In this document: one piece after another, positions 51,257 to 63,552 of the stretch | Numbering within the stretch: the first letter of the stretch is position 1 | Layout of the letters: each line of letters opens with the position of its first letter | Source: Rubripirellula sp. | GTDB taxonomy: Bacteria > Planctomycetota > Planctomycetia > Pirellulales > Pirellulaceae | Length of the DNA stretch: 64,000 nt | Direction: 5' to 3' | NCBI GenBank assembly: GCA_965216875.1 | Contig: OZ244207.1 | Span: 5,056,001 to 5,120,000 of the forward strand | Position numbers and translations under genes: made by a program | The notes under the pieces: generated by a model | The model's database searches: none | The model's input: the letters and a program-made list of their open reading frames with translations, nothing else | Told to the model about the DNA's origin: nothing

Positions 51257-51483
51257 TGAGAGCTAGGAACGTCTGGGGGAGGGCAGGGGAGGGGGAGACG
51301 TGGAGTGTTGAGCCATTTTGGCCCAAAAAACCCAGCTTCACTCAGTGTAGCAGAAGGCCCACGTATCCCAAGACTCATCTATGAACCTGCCAATGAACCG
51401 AAAATCTGCCTCAGAAATGACAAATAATTTGCAAAAACGCGTCGGCGCCCCGCACGTCCGGCAATCATCGGCCGAAAGTGGGC

Positions 51484-52398
51484 CTAGCCTCGTTTTTCCG
51501 GAATCGGCTCCAAAACCCACCGCTTGTTGAACCAAAAGTATTGGCTTGGGTTCTCACGGATCACCTCCTCGAGCGGCACCAACGCTTCCCGCATGATTCG
51601 CTCGGCATCTTCGTTGCGGTCGAGGCCGGGATCTGGGTGAATCACCGAGGCGATCCGCCAGAGATGTTTGCCATCGGCAGTACGCGTGACCTGACCAGGA
51701 ACGACAGGGCATTTGGCCAGATGAGCCATCAATCCCAAACCGCGGCCAAGATCGGCTGGATGCCCCAGAAACGGCAGTTTCAGGTCGGGTTGTCGGGCCC
51801 GCAGGTCGACCAGGATGGCGATAACATTTCCAGCGCGAAGCGAGCGAATCACCTTCCGAACGAGCATTGGGTCATCCCGTTCAATCGCCTCGCTACCGAG
51901 GTGCTCGCGCATCTTGTTGAGATGCTTGTCAAAGAGTGGGTTTTTCTGCTCGCGAAAAATGAAGTTGACGGGATAGCCGAGTTGCTGGAGCCCGATTCCT
52001 GCGAGATCCCAATTGCCAACATGGGCGACGGCAATGATCACACCTCGGTTCATCGCGAGAGCTTCGTCGAGCCGCCCTTTGTCCTCGGCGGAAAACACAC
52101 AGTTCTTCTCGACCCACGGCCGGGTTAGCTTTGGTGTGCGCAACACCTCGATGGTGTGCCAAACCAATTCTCGAAACGCCTCGCGAGCAATTCGCGAGAC
52201 TTCGCTGTCGGACAATTCGTCGCCCATCACCTGGCGAATCCGACGTTCCCCTTCTTTCCGCGTTGACTTCAAGAACGGAAAGACGGTCGCGGCAAACAAG
52301 CTGCCAAGCCCAAGAGCGATTCGCCCCGGCAACACGTTGACGGTGGCCGACACACATCGAATCAGCAGATACTCGGCGATGTGTTTTGGCCGGTGCAT
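51484..52398 (-). CDS. Lipid A biosynthesis acyltransferase family (LpxL/HtrB-like)
   Basis: AHVGNWD and IRENPSQYFWFNKRW. Confidence 0.85.
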   Translation of the reverse strand: MHRPKHIAEYLLIRCVSATVNVLPGRIALGLGSLFAATVFPFLKSTRKEGERRIRQVMGDELSDSEVSRIAREAFRELVWHTIEVLRTPKLTRPWVEKNCVFSAEDKGRLDEALAMNRGVIIAVAHVGNWDLAGIGLQQLGYPVNFIFREQKNPLFDKHLNKMREHLGSEAIERDDPMLVRKVIRSLRAGNVIAILVDLRARQPDLKLPFLGHPADLGRGLGLMAHLAKCPVVPGQVTRTADGKHLWRIASVIHPDPGLDRNEDAERIMREALVPLEEVIRENPSQYFWFNKRWVLEPIPEKRG

Positions 52399-52538
52399 AG
52401 AAGGCGAAACAGCGTGGTGGTCAGTTCAGCGGGACGGTCAATGAGACGGGGCGTGGGGACGATGTATAGGCCATGCGTGGCCGCTGCGAAAGACGAGCTG
52501 GACCGCCATCGCTCGTCGGGCAAGACAAATCCGCGAGG

Positions 52539-54350
52539 TCAGGCACCTTCGAGCTCTTCCCAGCGGACATAGGCCTGATCGAGTTCCGACTGCAACTCTT
52601 CGAGTTCCGCCGTTTTGGCCGCAATCTCTTCGCCGCCACTTTGATAAAAGCTGGGATCCGCCATCACTTCATGCAGCTGCCCGATCTTGGTTTCAAGCCC
52701 CTCGATCTGGTCTGGCAATTGATCGAGCTCACGCTGGTCTTTGTACGAAAGCTTCTTGGGCTGAGACGCGTCGCGACTTTGGCTCGAATCCGACTTTGCC
52801 GGTTTGCCTTTGGCAGCCGGCTTGGCTGGTTTGCTCTCCGACTCGGCTCGCCGCTCGACCGCCGCGCGCCAGTCGTCATACCCACCAACGTACTCCCGAA
52901 CGCCGTCACCTTCGAAAACGATCGTGCTGGTTACCACGTTGTTCAAAAACGTTCGATCGTGGCTGACCATCAACAGCGTTCCTGAAAACTCGACCAGTTG
53001 CTCTTCAAGCAACTCAAGCGTTTCGCTGTCGAGGTCGTTGGTCGGTTCGTCCAAGATGATCACGTTGGCCGGCTTGGTCATCAAACGCGCAAGGAGCGCG
53101 CGATTACGTTCCCCACCCGAAAGGAATCGCACCTCGGTACGCGCGCGTTCGGGAGTGAAGAGAAAATCCTGCAAGTAACCGACAATGTGCTTGGTCTTGT
53201 CGCCGATCTTGATGCGATCGGTTCCGTCGCCCACGTTCTCTTCAACGGTCTTGTTCGGATCAAGCGTGTCGCGAAGCTGATCAAAATAGGCGATCTCTAG
53301 GTTGGTCCCCAGTTTGACTTTGCCGCTGTTGGGTTCCAATTGCCCAAGCAACAACTTCAGCAACGTCGACTTGCCTGCGCCATTGGGCCCGATGATGCCA
53401 ACCTTGTCACCGCGCATCAGCGTCGTCGAGAAATCTTGCACGATCGGTGTCTCGCCGTAGGCGAACGTCACCTCCTCGACGCGTGCGACAAGTGCACCGC
53501 TGCGTTGGGCATCCTGCAGGTTGAGTTTTGCCGTTCCCTCGCCCTTGCGTCGCTCACGACGCTCGACACGCATCGCTTTGAGTGCTCGAACACGCCCTTC
53601 GTTTCGCGTTCGCCGCGCTTTGATGCCTTGCCGGATCCAAGCCTCTTCCTCGGCAAGCTTTTTATCAAACAATGCGTTCTGTTTTTCTTCCGCTTCGATC
53701 GCCTGTGCTTTGCGAGTCAAGAAGGTGTTGTAGTCGCATGACCAATCAAAAATGCGTCCTCGATCGATTTCCCAGATTCGCGTCGCAATGTTTTGAAGGA
53801 ACGTCCGATCGTGCGTGACGAAGATCAACGTCTGCTTCCAACCCTTCAGGAAGTTTTCCAACCACAGGATCGCTTCGATATCCAAATGGTTGGTCGGTTC
53901 GTCGAGCAACAACACCTCTGGATTGCTCGCGATCGAACGGGCCAACAGCACCCGGCGTTTCATGCCACTGGAAAGCGTCTCGAATCCAACGTCGGGATCG
54001 AGTTCCATGCGTGACAACGTCGAATCCACACCATGCTCGATCTGCCATGCCTGCTCGGGGTCATCGGTGGATGACTGACCATCAAGCACGACGGACTTGA
54101 TTGAACCGGTGATGTCGCTGGGAACCTCTTGAGTCAACCTCGAGATATTTACGCCAGGCGAAACGACGATGTTGCCGTGGTCCGGAACGACTTTTCCATC
54201 AAGCATCCTTAACAGCGTGGTTTTGCCAGCGCCGTTGCGGCCGAGCAAGCCAATCTTTTGGCCCGCATCGATCTTGGCCGAAACGTTGTCCAATAATGCT
54301 GGACCGCGAAAGCCAATACTCAGTTCTTCAATTGATATCTGCGGCATCAT
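52539..54350 (-). CDS. uup: ABC-F ATPase Uup
   Basis: Two ABC cassettes; EEAWIRQGIKARRTRNEGRVRAL linker; KKLSYKDQREL C-terminal domain. Confidence 0.93.
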   Translation of the reverse strand: MMPQISIEELSIGFRGPALLDNVSAKIDAGQKIGLLGRNGAGKTTLLRMLDGKVVPDHGNIVVSPGVNISRLTQEVPSDITGSIKSVVLDGQSSTDDPEQAWQIEHGVDSTLSRMELDPDVGFETLSSGMKRRVLLARSIASNPEVLLLDEPTNHLDIEAILWLENFLKGWKQTLIFVTHDRTFLQNIATRIWEIDRGRIFDWSCDYNTFLTRKAQAIEAEEKQNALFDKKLAEEEAWIRQGIKARRTRNEGRVRALKAMRVERRERRKGEGTAKLNLQDAQRSGALVARVEEVTFAYGETPIVQDFSTTLMRGDKVGIIGPNGAGKSTLLKLLLGQLEPNSGKVKLGTNLEIAYFDQLRDTLDPNKTVEENVGDGTDRIKIGDKTKHIVGYLQDFLFTPERARTEVRFLSGGERNRALLARLMTKPANVIILDEPTNDLDSETLELLEEQLVEFSGTLLMVSHDRTFLNNVVTSTIVFEGDGVREYVGGYDDWRAAVERRAESESKPAKPAAKGKPAKSDSSQSRDASQPKKLSYKDQRELDQLPDQIEGLETKIGQLHEVMADPSFYQSGGEEIAAKTAELEELQSELDQAYVRWEELEGA

Positions 54351-54354
54351 GCAC

Positions 54355-55359
54355 TCACGAAGGCTGTAGCGCCTCGGACTTTTCGTTTGATTCGCGGAAC
54401 AGTTTCGCGATCACATCTTCAAGCGGCAGATCCTCGACCGCGATGTCCTCGATAGGGTAGTCTCGCAAGATATCGGCAAGCGCTCGGGGGACTTCGCTTC
54501 TTGCGATCCGGATCCGAGCTTTTGGCCAGTTCTCTTCGAGCACTTCGCCGAACGACGACAGGTTCTCGGGATGATGCCCATCAGCAAACTGAAGCGTCAC
54601 GATCTTGTAACCCGAGAACTGATCAATGATGCCCGAGAGCGACCCATCGTATTCGATACGACCACCCGCAATGATCACAACGCGTTTGCAAAGCGCCGCG
54701 ACATCCTTCATGTAGTGACTTGTCAACAGAATCGTGATCTTGCGTTTCTCTTGGTAGTAACGCAGAAACTGTTGAATGTTGTGCTGGGCGATCACATCGA
54801 GACCGATCGTCGGCTCATCCAGAAAGAGGACTTCCGGACTGTGCAGGAGTGCCGCGATCAACTCCATCTTCATCCGCTCGCCGAGCGATAGCTCACGTAC
54901 CGGTTGCGACAGGAGTTTGCCGACGTCCAGCAAATCGGTCAGCTCAGCAAGTGTCGAATCAAACGACTCACTCGGGATACCGTAGATCTGCTGGTGCAGT
55001 CGGTACGATTCCTGTGCGGGCAGATCCCACCAGAGCTGGTTCTTTTGTCCCATCACCAACGCGAACCGTCGCCGGTATTCGTTCTTGCGTTGCCAGGGAA
55101 CGTAACCCATCACGGTGGCGCTGCCGCCGGTCGGGTTGATCACACCGCTAAGCAGTTTCAGCGTCGTCGTCTTCCCAGCTCCGTTGGGGCCCAGGAATGC
55201 GACGAACTCGCCTTGCTGGACGTCCAAGTCGATCCCGCGAACTGCGTCAACTTCGGAATACTCGCGGTGAAAGAGCCCGCGGATGCTGTCGCCCAACCCC
55301 TCGCGTTTTTTGTAAACGCGATAGGACTTGGTCAGATTGCGGACTTCGATAATGGACAT
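54355..55359 (-). CDS. ABC-2-type exporter ATP-binding subunit
   Basis: GPNGAGKTT, VMGQKNQLWWDLP, LSLGERMK, LDEPTIGLD and LTSHYM. Confidence 0.9.
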   Translation of the reverse strand: MSIIEVRNLTKSYRVYKKREGLGDSIRGLFHREYSEVDAVRGIDLDVQQGEFVAFLGPNGAGKTTTLKLLSGVINPTGGSATVMGYVPWQRKNEYRRRFALVMGQKNQLWWDLPAQESYRLHQQIYGIPSESFDSTLAELTDLLDVGKLLSQPVRELSLGERMKMELIAALLHSPEVLFLDEPTIGLDVIAQHNIQQFLRYYQEKRKITILLTSHYMKDVAALCKRVVIIAGGRIEYDGSLSGIIDQFSGYKIVTLQFADGHHPENLSSFGEVLEENWPKARIRIARSEVPRALADILRDYPIEDIAVEDLPLEDVIAKLFRESNEKSEALQPS

Positions 55360-55390
55360 AGACCTGCCAGTGAGGTTTGGCGTCGATAAT

Positions 55391-55553
55391 TCTTCGTACG
55401 GTGTGTGCTCGCACGCACCAAAATCTTCGTACGGTGTTTGCTCGCACACACCGATTCTTCGTGGGCTGTGCGCTGGCACGCACCAAGATCATGGGTTGGA
55501 TTGGGGCGTTCAAGCACACACCCTACATCCTGGGACGCGTTGCCTCGTCCACT
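55391..55553. repeat. Three tandem degenerate family H arms (32-33 bp period), one inverted partner (55505-55526), family K variant (55533-55553)
   Basis: tcttcgtacggtgtgtgctcgcacgcacc units differ by two bases from the reverse complement of the H right arm at 26116-26139. Confidence 0.85.
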
Positions 55554-55618
55554 CCATCGCTGTGCGGTATTGTAAGTCTCCTCGAAAATCGTGTTAGGCG
55601 TCTTTGCACAGGTGTGAC

Positions 55619-56113
55619 GTGAACAACAATTTGCCCCCTTTTCGTGTTGGATTGGGCTACGACTCGCATCGCCTCGGCAACGGCGGCCCGCTGCGAGTGG
55701 GTGGAATCGACATCGATGGCGAAGTCCATGCGATCGGGCACAGCGACGCCGATGTGCTGCTTCACGCGATCACCGACGCGCTCTTGGGCTCGGTCGCCGA
55801 ACCCGATATTGGCCGATTGTTTCCAGATAATGCGGCGGAAAACCGCGACCGAGACAGCCGCGATTTTTTGGCCGAGGCGATTCGCCGCGTGCGTCACCAC
55901 GGGATGGATATCGTCAATCTCGACTGCGTGGTCCTTGCCGAACGCCCCAAGATGGCCCCCCACATCGACGCCATGCGGGCGACCATTGCTGATCTGCTCG
56001 ATTTGACCATCGACCGCGTCAACGTGAAGGCAAAAACGGGCGAAGGGATCGGGACGATCGGAACCGGCGCCGCGATCGCATCGCGGGTCGTCGTCCTGGT
56101 TGCGCAAATCTGA
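55619..56113 (+). CDS. ispF: 2-C-methyl-D-erythritol 2,4-cyclodiphosphate synthase
   Basis: RVGLGYDSH, GHSDADVLLHAITDALLG, DIGRLFP and VNVKAKT. Confidence 0.96.
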   Translation: MNNNLPPFRVGLGYDSHRLGNGGPLRVGGIDIDGEVHAIGHSDADVLLHAITDALLGSVAEPDIGRLFPDNAAENRDRDSRDFLAEAIRRVRHHGMDIVNLDCVVLAERPKMAPHIDAMRATIADLLDLTIDRVNVKAKTGEGIGTIGTGAAIASRVVVLVAQI

Positions 56114-56155
56114 AACGTGCTGATTCCCGCGTTCTGGACCGCACAAAACCGGTCT

Positions 56156-56183
56156 CTTACAGATCAGCCTGTCCCCCTATAAT
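56156..56183 (+). promoter_or_regulatory. Candidate sigma70 promoter for cysS-ruvC-ruvA
   Basis: Perfect TATAAT at 56178-56183 with CTTACA 16 nt upstream. Confidence 0.4.
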
Positions 56184-56224
56184 CTCCGAATTGACAAAAA
56201 CACCATCGCCACGGATGTCACACG

Positions 56225-57856
56225 ATGAGTACTGCCGCAGCCCCCGAAAGCGCCGCAACCTCGGCTTCGACCATGCCTGAAATCCGCGTCTACAACACGC
56301 TCAGCAAGACCAAGGAAAAGTTCCAACCCCTGCACCCCCCGAAGGTTGGCATCTATTTGTGCGGCCCCACCGTCTATGCCGAAAGCCACATTGGCCACAT
56401 GGTCGGCCCGGTCATCTTTGACACGATCAAACGCCACCTGGTCTACAGCGGCTACGACGTCACTTGGGTCGTGAACATCACCGACGTCGACGACAAGTTG
56501 ATCAAAAAGAGCAACGAACGTGGTATTCCGATTGACCAAATCGCCAGCGAAATGACGGCGGACTACCTGGCCAACCTCAAAGAACTTGGGGTCAACCAGA
56601 TCAATCAATTGCCGCGTGCAACCGACCACATGGCCCAGATCATCGCGTTCATCCAATCATTGGAAGAGAAAGGCCACGCTTACGCGGTCGATGGCGACGT
56701 CTTCTTTGACGTCACCAAAGACCCGAACTACGGACAACTTTCCAACCGCAGTGTTGATGCCCAACAAGGCGAAGGTGGCGAAGCTGCTGCGAAGAAACGC
56801 TCTCCTGGCGACTTTGCCCTTTGGAAATCGGCCAAAGAGGACGAGATTGCATGGGACAGCCCGTGGGGCAGAGGTCGGCCCGGCTGGCATATCGAGTGCT
56901 CGGCGATGAGCCACGAGATTCTGGGCGACACATTCGACATCCATGGTGGCGGTTTGGATTTGCTGTTCCCGCACCACGAAAACGAACGCGCCCAAAGCAG
57001 CTGCTGCCACAATGCACCGATGGTCAAGTATTGGATGCACAACGGCTTGATGCGAGCCGGCGAAAAAGGCAAAGTCGGTGGCAAGAGCGACCGCGAAGAT
57101 TCGGCCAAGATCAGCAAGAGCGAACAGGAGTCCGTTGAAGAAGCGGCCGCCGGAAAAATCAGCCGCAGCAAAGGCGGCGGTGGTCTTGCCGAACTGATTC
57201 GTCGACACACCGGCGAACGTATCCGCTTCTTCCTGCTACGGTCTCACTATCGTTCGACGATCGTCTACGGCGAAGAGGGTTTGCTTGAAGCAGGCACGTC
57301 CCTTGAAGGTTTTTATCGCTTCTTTGACCGCTTCGATGAAATCACTCAAGGTACCGCGTCGTTTTATGAGCTGCCGCTGTCGCGTACTCGCATCGAGGGC
57401 GACTTCGAGCCAGGCGATGACCCACTGATGAACGAAGTCCACGGTCAACGCGAAAAGTTTCTTGCCGCGATGGACGACGACTTCAACACCGGCGTCGCAA
57501 CCAGCGTGCTATTCGATTCGCTGCGAATGCTCAATCGTCACATCGACCAAAACGACCTGTCAAAGAACTCGGACCCAGCCGGCGAAGCAACGCAAAAGTT
57601 GATCAAGGCTACGACCGTGATTCGCGAATTGGCCGGCCTTTTGGGGCTGTTTGCCAAACCCGTCCAGTCGGCTGGCGGCGACGAAGGCGATGAACAATTG
57701 CTCGACGACGTCGTGAAGTTGCTGATCGACCTTCGCAAAGAAGCTCGCGAGCGCAAAGACTACGCCACGGGCGACGCGATCCGTGATCGCCTTGGCGAAC
57801 TCGGCGTCGCTCTGCTGGATAAGAAAGAAGGCACCTCCTGGGAACGCTCCTCTTGA
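56225..57856 (+). CDS. cysS: Cysteine--tRNA ligase
   Basis: [51 protein letters not shown] and MDDDFNT. Confidence 0.97.
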   Translation: MSTAAAPESAATSASTMPEIRVYNTLSKTKEKFQPLHPPKVGIYLCGPTVYAESHIGHMVGPVIFDTIKRHLVYSGYDVTWVVNITDVDDKLIKKSNERGIPIDQIASEMTADYLANLKELGVNQINQLPRATDHMAQIIAFIQSLEEKGHAYAVDGDVFFDVTKDPNYGQLSNRSVDAQQGEGGEAAAKKRSPGDFALWKSAKEDEIAWDSPWGRGRPGWHIECSAMSHEILGDTFDIHGGGLDLLFPHHENERAQSSCCHNAPMVKYWMHNGLMRAGEKGKVGGKSDREDSAKISKSEQESVEEAAAGKISRSKGGGGLAELIRRHTGERIRFFLLRSHYRSTIVYGEEGLLEAGTSLEGFYRFFDRFDEITQGTASFYELPLSRTRIEGDFEPGDDPLMNEVHGQREKFLAAMDDDFNTGVATSVLFDSLRMLNRHIDQNDLSKNSDPAGEATQKLIKATTVIRELAGLLGLFAKPVQSAGGDEGDEQLLDDVVKLLIDLRKEARERKDYATGDAIRDRLGELGVALLDKKEGTSWERSS

Positions 57857-58362
57857 TCCCAACAACCGTCCTGGGAATCGATCCAGGATTAAATGTGACT
57901 GGCTACGGGGTCGTCAAAAACAGCGGCGGCAAGATGTCGATCTGCGAAGCCGGGGTGATCCGTAGCCGCGCAAAGGCCACGATCGAACAACGTGTTCGTG
58001 AGATTCACGAAGGCGTGAGCGAAGTGATCCAAGAACACAGCCCCGAGCTGCTTGCGTTGGAACAACTCTTTTCGCATTACGATCGTCCGCGAACGGCAAT
58101 CTTGATGGGACATGCTCGTGGCGTGATCTGTCTCGCAGCCGGTCAGGCTGACATCCCCGTCAGTCACTTTGAACCCACACGCGTCAAGAAATCTTTGACC
58201 GGCAACGGTCGCGCCCCAAAACAACAGATTCAGCAAGCCGTCAAAATCCAGCTCGGTCTATCAAGTCTTCCCGAACCGGCCGACGTCGCCGATGCTTTGG
58301 CGATCGCCATTTGTGGCCACCACTTCGCCGTCGAACAAGACCAGCAACCGCTGACGAAGTGA
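57853..58362 (+). CDS. ruvC: Holliday junction resolvase
   Basis: LGIDPG, TGYGV, GHARGV, GNGRAPK and DVADALAIA. Confidence 0.96.
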   Translation: MIPTTVLGIDPGLNVTGYGVVKNSGGKMSICEAGVIRSRAKATIEQRVREIHEGVSEVIQEHSPELLALEQLFSHYDRPRTAILMGHARGVICLAAGQADIPVSHFEPTRVKKSLTGNGRAPKQQIQQAVKIQLGLSSLPEPADVADALAIAICGHHFAVEQDQQPLTK

Positions 58363-58435
58363 TCAACAACCTGGCGCTGACGACCTTTTGGGCGAAGGTC
58401 TCGACGAAGCAAAACCAACTGAAAGGATTCACCTC

Positions 58436-59065
58436 ATGATCGTCACCATCTCTGGAAAATTGGTTCACGCAGGCGAGGCCGCGGTGACAATCGAATCGTC
58501 ACCCTTTGAATACGAAGTCCTTGTCGGCGATTTCACGCGGCGACAACTTCAGAGCAAGATCGGCGAGCAAGTTCGTTTGCACACTCTCGACTACATCGAA
58601 GGGAATGCTCAAGGCGGCGGGCGACTGACACCCAGACTCGTCGGGTTTCTGACCGACCCGGAACGACAGTTTTTCGATCTCTTTTGCAGCGTGGATGGCG
58701 TCGGAGTCAAGAAAGCGCTGCGAGCAATGGTGCGCCCAGTCAACGAGATGGCGGTGCTGATCGAGGAACAGGACTCGAAAGCGCTCTCAGCGCTTCCGGG
58801 AATTGGTCCGGCGACCAGCGAACGGATCATCGCCAAACTGCGGCGCAAAATGCCTCGCTTTGCACTCATGGTCCAACGCGAAGGAATCGCTGAATCGGCC
58901 GGTCCTGCTGCCTCCGAGGTCGCCACGGAAACCTTTGACGCCTTGCTCGCCTTGGGCCACAGCGAATCGGACGCGAGAAAACTGGTCGACGAAGCGGTCG
59001 CCACGGGCAAAAAGTTCAAAGATACCGAGGCGCTGCTGACCGTGATTTACCAGCGAAACCAATAG
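58436..59065 (+). CDS. ruvA: Holliday junction branch migration protein
   Basis: MIVTISGKL; HhH motifs VDGVGVK and [20 protein letters not shown]-terminal domain; AAAGGA RBS. Confidence 0.94.
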   Translation: MIVTISGKLVHAGEAAVTIESSPFEYEVLVGDFTRRQLQSKIGEQVRLHTLDYIEGNAQGGGRLTPRLVGFLTDPERQFFDLFCSVDGVGVKKALRAMVRPVNEMAVLIEEQDSKALSALPGIGPATSERIIAKLRRKMPRFALMVQREGIAESAGPAASEVATETFDALLALGHSESDARKLVDEAVATGKKFKDTEALLTVIYQRNQ

Positions 59066-59175
59066 AGACCGCGGCCAATCCCCCCGGCAGTGCAATATTG
59101 CCTCGCAGCCTCATCCTCCCTAGCTTGCGCATCTTTGAATGATTCACTGATGCTTCGCAATCGTGGGAGAATGCC

Positions 59176-59652
59176 GTGAACCGACTCATGGTGGCCTTGG
59201 GATTTGGAACCTTCTTGCTCGTTTTTCCTTGCTCAGAACTACGAGCCGAACCGCCCGAAGTGGCGATGCGTGCAGCCGACGGAACGCTGGTCCGCTCGTC
59301 GGTTTCGGGCCCAAACGTTCAGTGGCACGAAGATCTCAAGACTGGCTGGGCCGAATCGCGTCGCCGCAATGTCCCGATGGTCATCTTCATCACAAGCGAC
59401 CATTGCCACTACTGTGACGCGATGAAACGCGATACTTGGTGCAACGAATCGGTTCGCAGTCGGTTGTCCAACGACTTTGTCGCCATCCGGCTCGACCCCA
59501 CTCGCAACGCCGCGACACTTGGTCGCATCAAGATCAAGATGTACCCCACGACGCTCATCGGACATCCGAAAGGAAAGGTCACCGATCATCGGTTGGGGTA
59601 CCAATCTGCAAGCGCCATCCACGGACTCTTGAGTCAGGCGAAGGTGGACTGA
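59176..59652 (+). CDS. Exported thioredoxin-fold protein
   Basis: Signal peptide; CHYC active site; YPT cis-Pro loop. Confidence 0.82.
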   Translation: MNRLMVALGFGTFLLVFPCSELRAEPPEVAMRAADGTLVRSSVSGPNVQWHEDLKTGWAESRRRNVPMVIFITSDHCHYCDAMKRDTWCNESVRSRLSNDFVAIRLDPTRNAATLGRIKIKMYPTTLIGHPKGKVTDHRLGYQSASAIHGLLSQAKVD

Positions 59653-59716
59653 GCCGCGATCGCATTACCGGCCGGGCAGCAATTCTCCATCACCACCTTC
59701 TGGCGTAGTTCACTAC
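59650..59716. repeat. Degenerate C-variant arm (59650-59677) and D arm (59693-59716)
   Basis: tgagccgcgatcgc...ggccgggc and ccaccttctggcg...ctac. Confidence 0.7.
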
Positions 59717-59879
59717 GGCCGGGTAGCGCGCCGGTGCAACGGCGCATTGTGACTTTCTTGTGACATCCCTATGTCCTGAATTTGCATTTCTGGACCATAA
59801 TGCCACCATTAACGGGACAGTCCTTGCCACTGAGCAAACTTCCGTGTTCGTACTCCCGTGTCGAGAAAGGAACTCCACC

Positions 59880-62381
<2,502 letters not shown>

Positions 62382-62390
62382 AACAAGTGC

Positions 62391-63371
62391 ATGACTGGAC
62401 GCATCTCGGGGATTTTGACCCCTAACATCACGCCCGTCGATTCGTCGGGCCGTGTCGACGAAGAACGACTGCGCGGCTACGTCGATTGGCTCATCGAACG
62501 TGGTGTCGATGGCCTTTACCCCAACGGCAGCACGGGTGAATTCGTTCGCTTCACTGCCCAGGAACGTCGCCGCATCGTCCAGGTCGTCGTCGAACAGACG
62601 GCCGGGCGTGTTCCGATCCTTGCCGGCGCTGCGGAAGCGAACGTCAAAGAAACGATCGAGGCATGTGAAGCCTACGGCGCGATGGGGGTTCGCGCGGTCG
62701 CCATCGTCGCACCGTTCTACTACCGCTTGAGCGCCGATGGCGTTTACGCGTACTTTCGCGAAATCGCCGACCACGTCTCGGTCGATGTCACGCTTTACAA
62801 CATCCCTCTGTTTGCCTCGCCGATCGACGTCGACACCGTCGTTCGCTTGGCATCGGAATGCCCGCGCGTGATCGGTATCAAGGATTCGTCAGGCGACCTA
62901 CCCAACATGCTTCGGATGATCGCTGCCATCCGCCCGATCCGCGAGGAGTTTACGTTCCTGACCGGCTGGGACGCGGCACTCGCGCCGATGTTGATCGCCG
63001 GTGCCGACGGCGGAACCAATGCAACCAGTGGGGTGGTGCCTGAGTTGACCCGAGCGATTCATCGCGCCGTGGTCGCGGGCAACACCGCCGAAGCGATGCG
63101 TCTTCAGTTTCAATTGTTGCCACTGTTTGATGCCATGATTTCCTTGGGTGAATTTCCCGAAGGATTCCGCGCAGGTGCTCGATCACGCGGATGGCATCTC
63201 GGTTGTGGGCGTGTCCCTCTCTCGCCGCAACAACAAGAAACGGTCGCGCGGACTCAGCGCGAAATCGATGCCTTGGTCGCCGAAGTCGCCGACCTGAACG
63301 AACCGATGGCAATGCCACCCGAGACGATCGAGAAGATCGTTCAACGGGTGATGCGGCAACTCGGAAACTAA
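62391..63371 (+). CDS. DHDPS/NAL-family class I aldolase with C-terminal amphipathic peptide
   Basis: NGSTGE, LYNIP, Schiff-base IKDSSGD and GADG. Confidence 0.88.
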   Translation: MTGRISGILTPNITPVDSSGRVDEERLRGYVDWLIERGVDGLYPNGSTGEFVRFTAQERRRIVQVVVEQTAGRVPILAGAAEANVKETIEACEAYGAMGVRAVAIVAPFYYRLSADGVYAYFREIADHVSVDVTLYNIPLFASPIDVDTVVRLASECPRVIGIKDSSGDLPNMLRMIAAIRPIREEFTFLTGWDAALAPMLIAGADGGTNATSGVVPELTRAIHRAVVAGNTAEAMRLQFQLLPLFDAMISLGEFPEGFRAGARSRGWHLGCGRVPLSPQQQETVARTQREIDALVAEVADLNEPMAMPPETIEKIVQRVMRQLGN

Positions 63372-63383
63372 CGCCGGGTTCTT

Positions 63384-63522
63384 GTGAGGCCGAACGTGCT
63401 AGCGTCGTGCCTTTCACCCCTCTTTGCGCAATGCAGCGCTCACCGTAGCTACGCTCGCCAGAGCGTGGGTGTGTTGGTGGCCGGTCTACCGAAGAAAACC
63501 ACCTTCTGGCGAAGGTAGCTAC
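63384..63522. repeat. Degenerate family C arm (63384-63411) and family D doublet (63445-63522)
   Basis: gtagctacgctcgccagagcgtgg...ccaccttctggcgaaggtagctac. Confidence 0.88.
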
Positions 63523-63552
63523 GGGCTGTGGACGTGTGGGATGAGGTTGAGG

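Noticed and set aside
55360..55479. Repeated peptide CEQTPYE/CEHTPYE ahead of the ABC ATPase
   Set aside because: Translation of the tandem H repeats; the family-typical start MSIIEV is at 55359
55391..55484. CRISPR-like periodic repeats
   Set aside because: Units are contiguous with no unique spacers, match REP family H, and no cas genes are present
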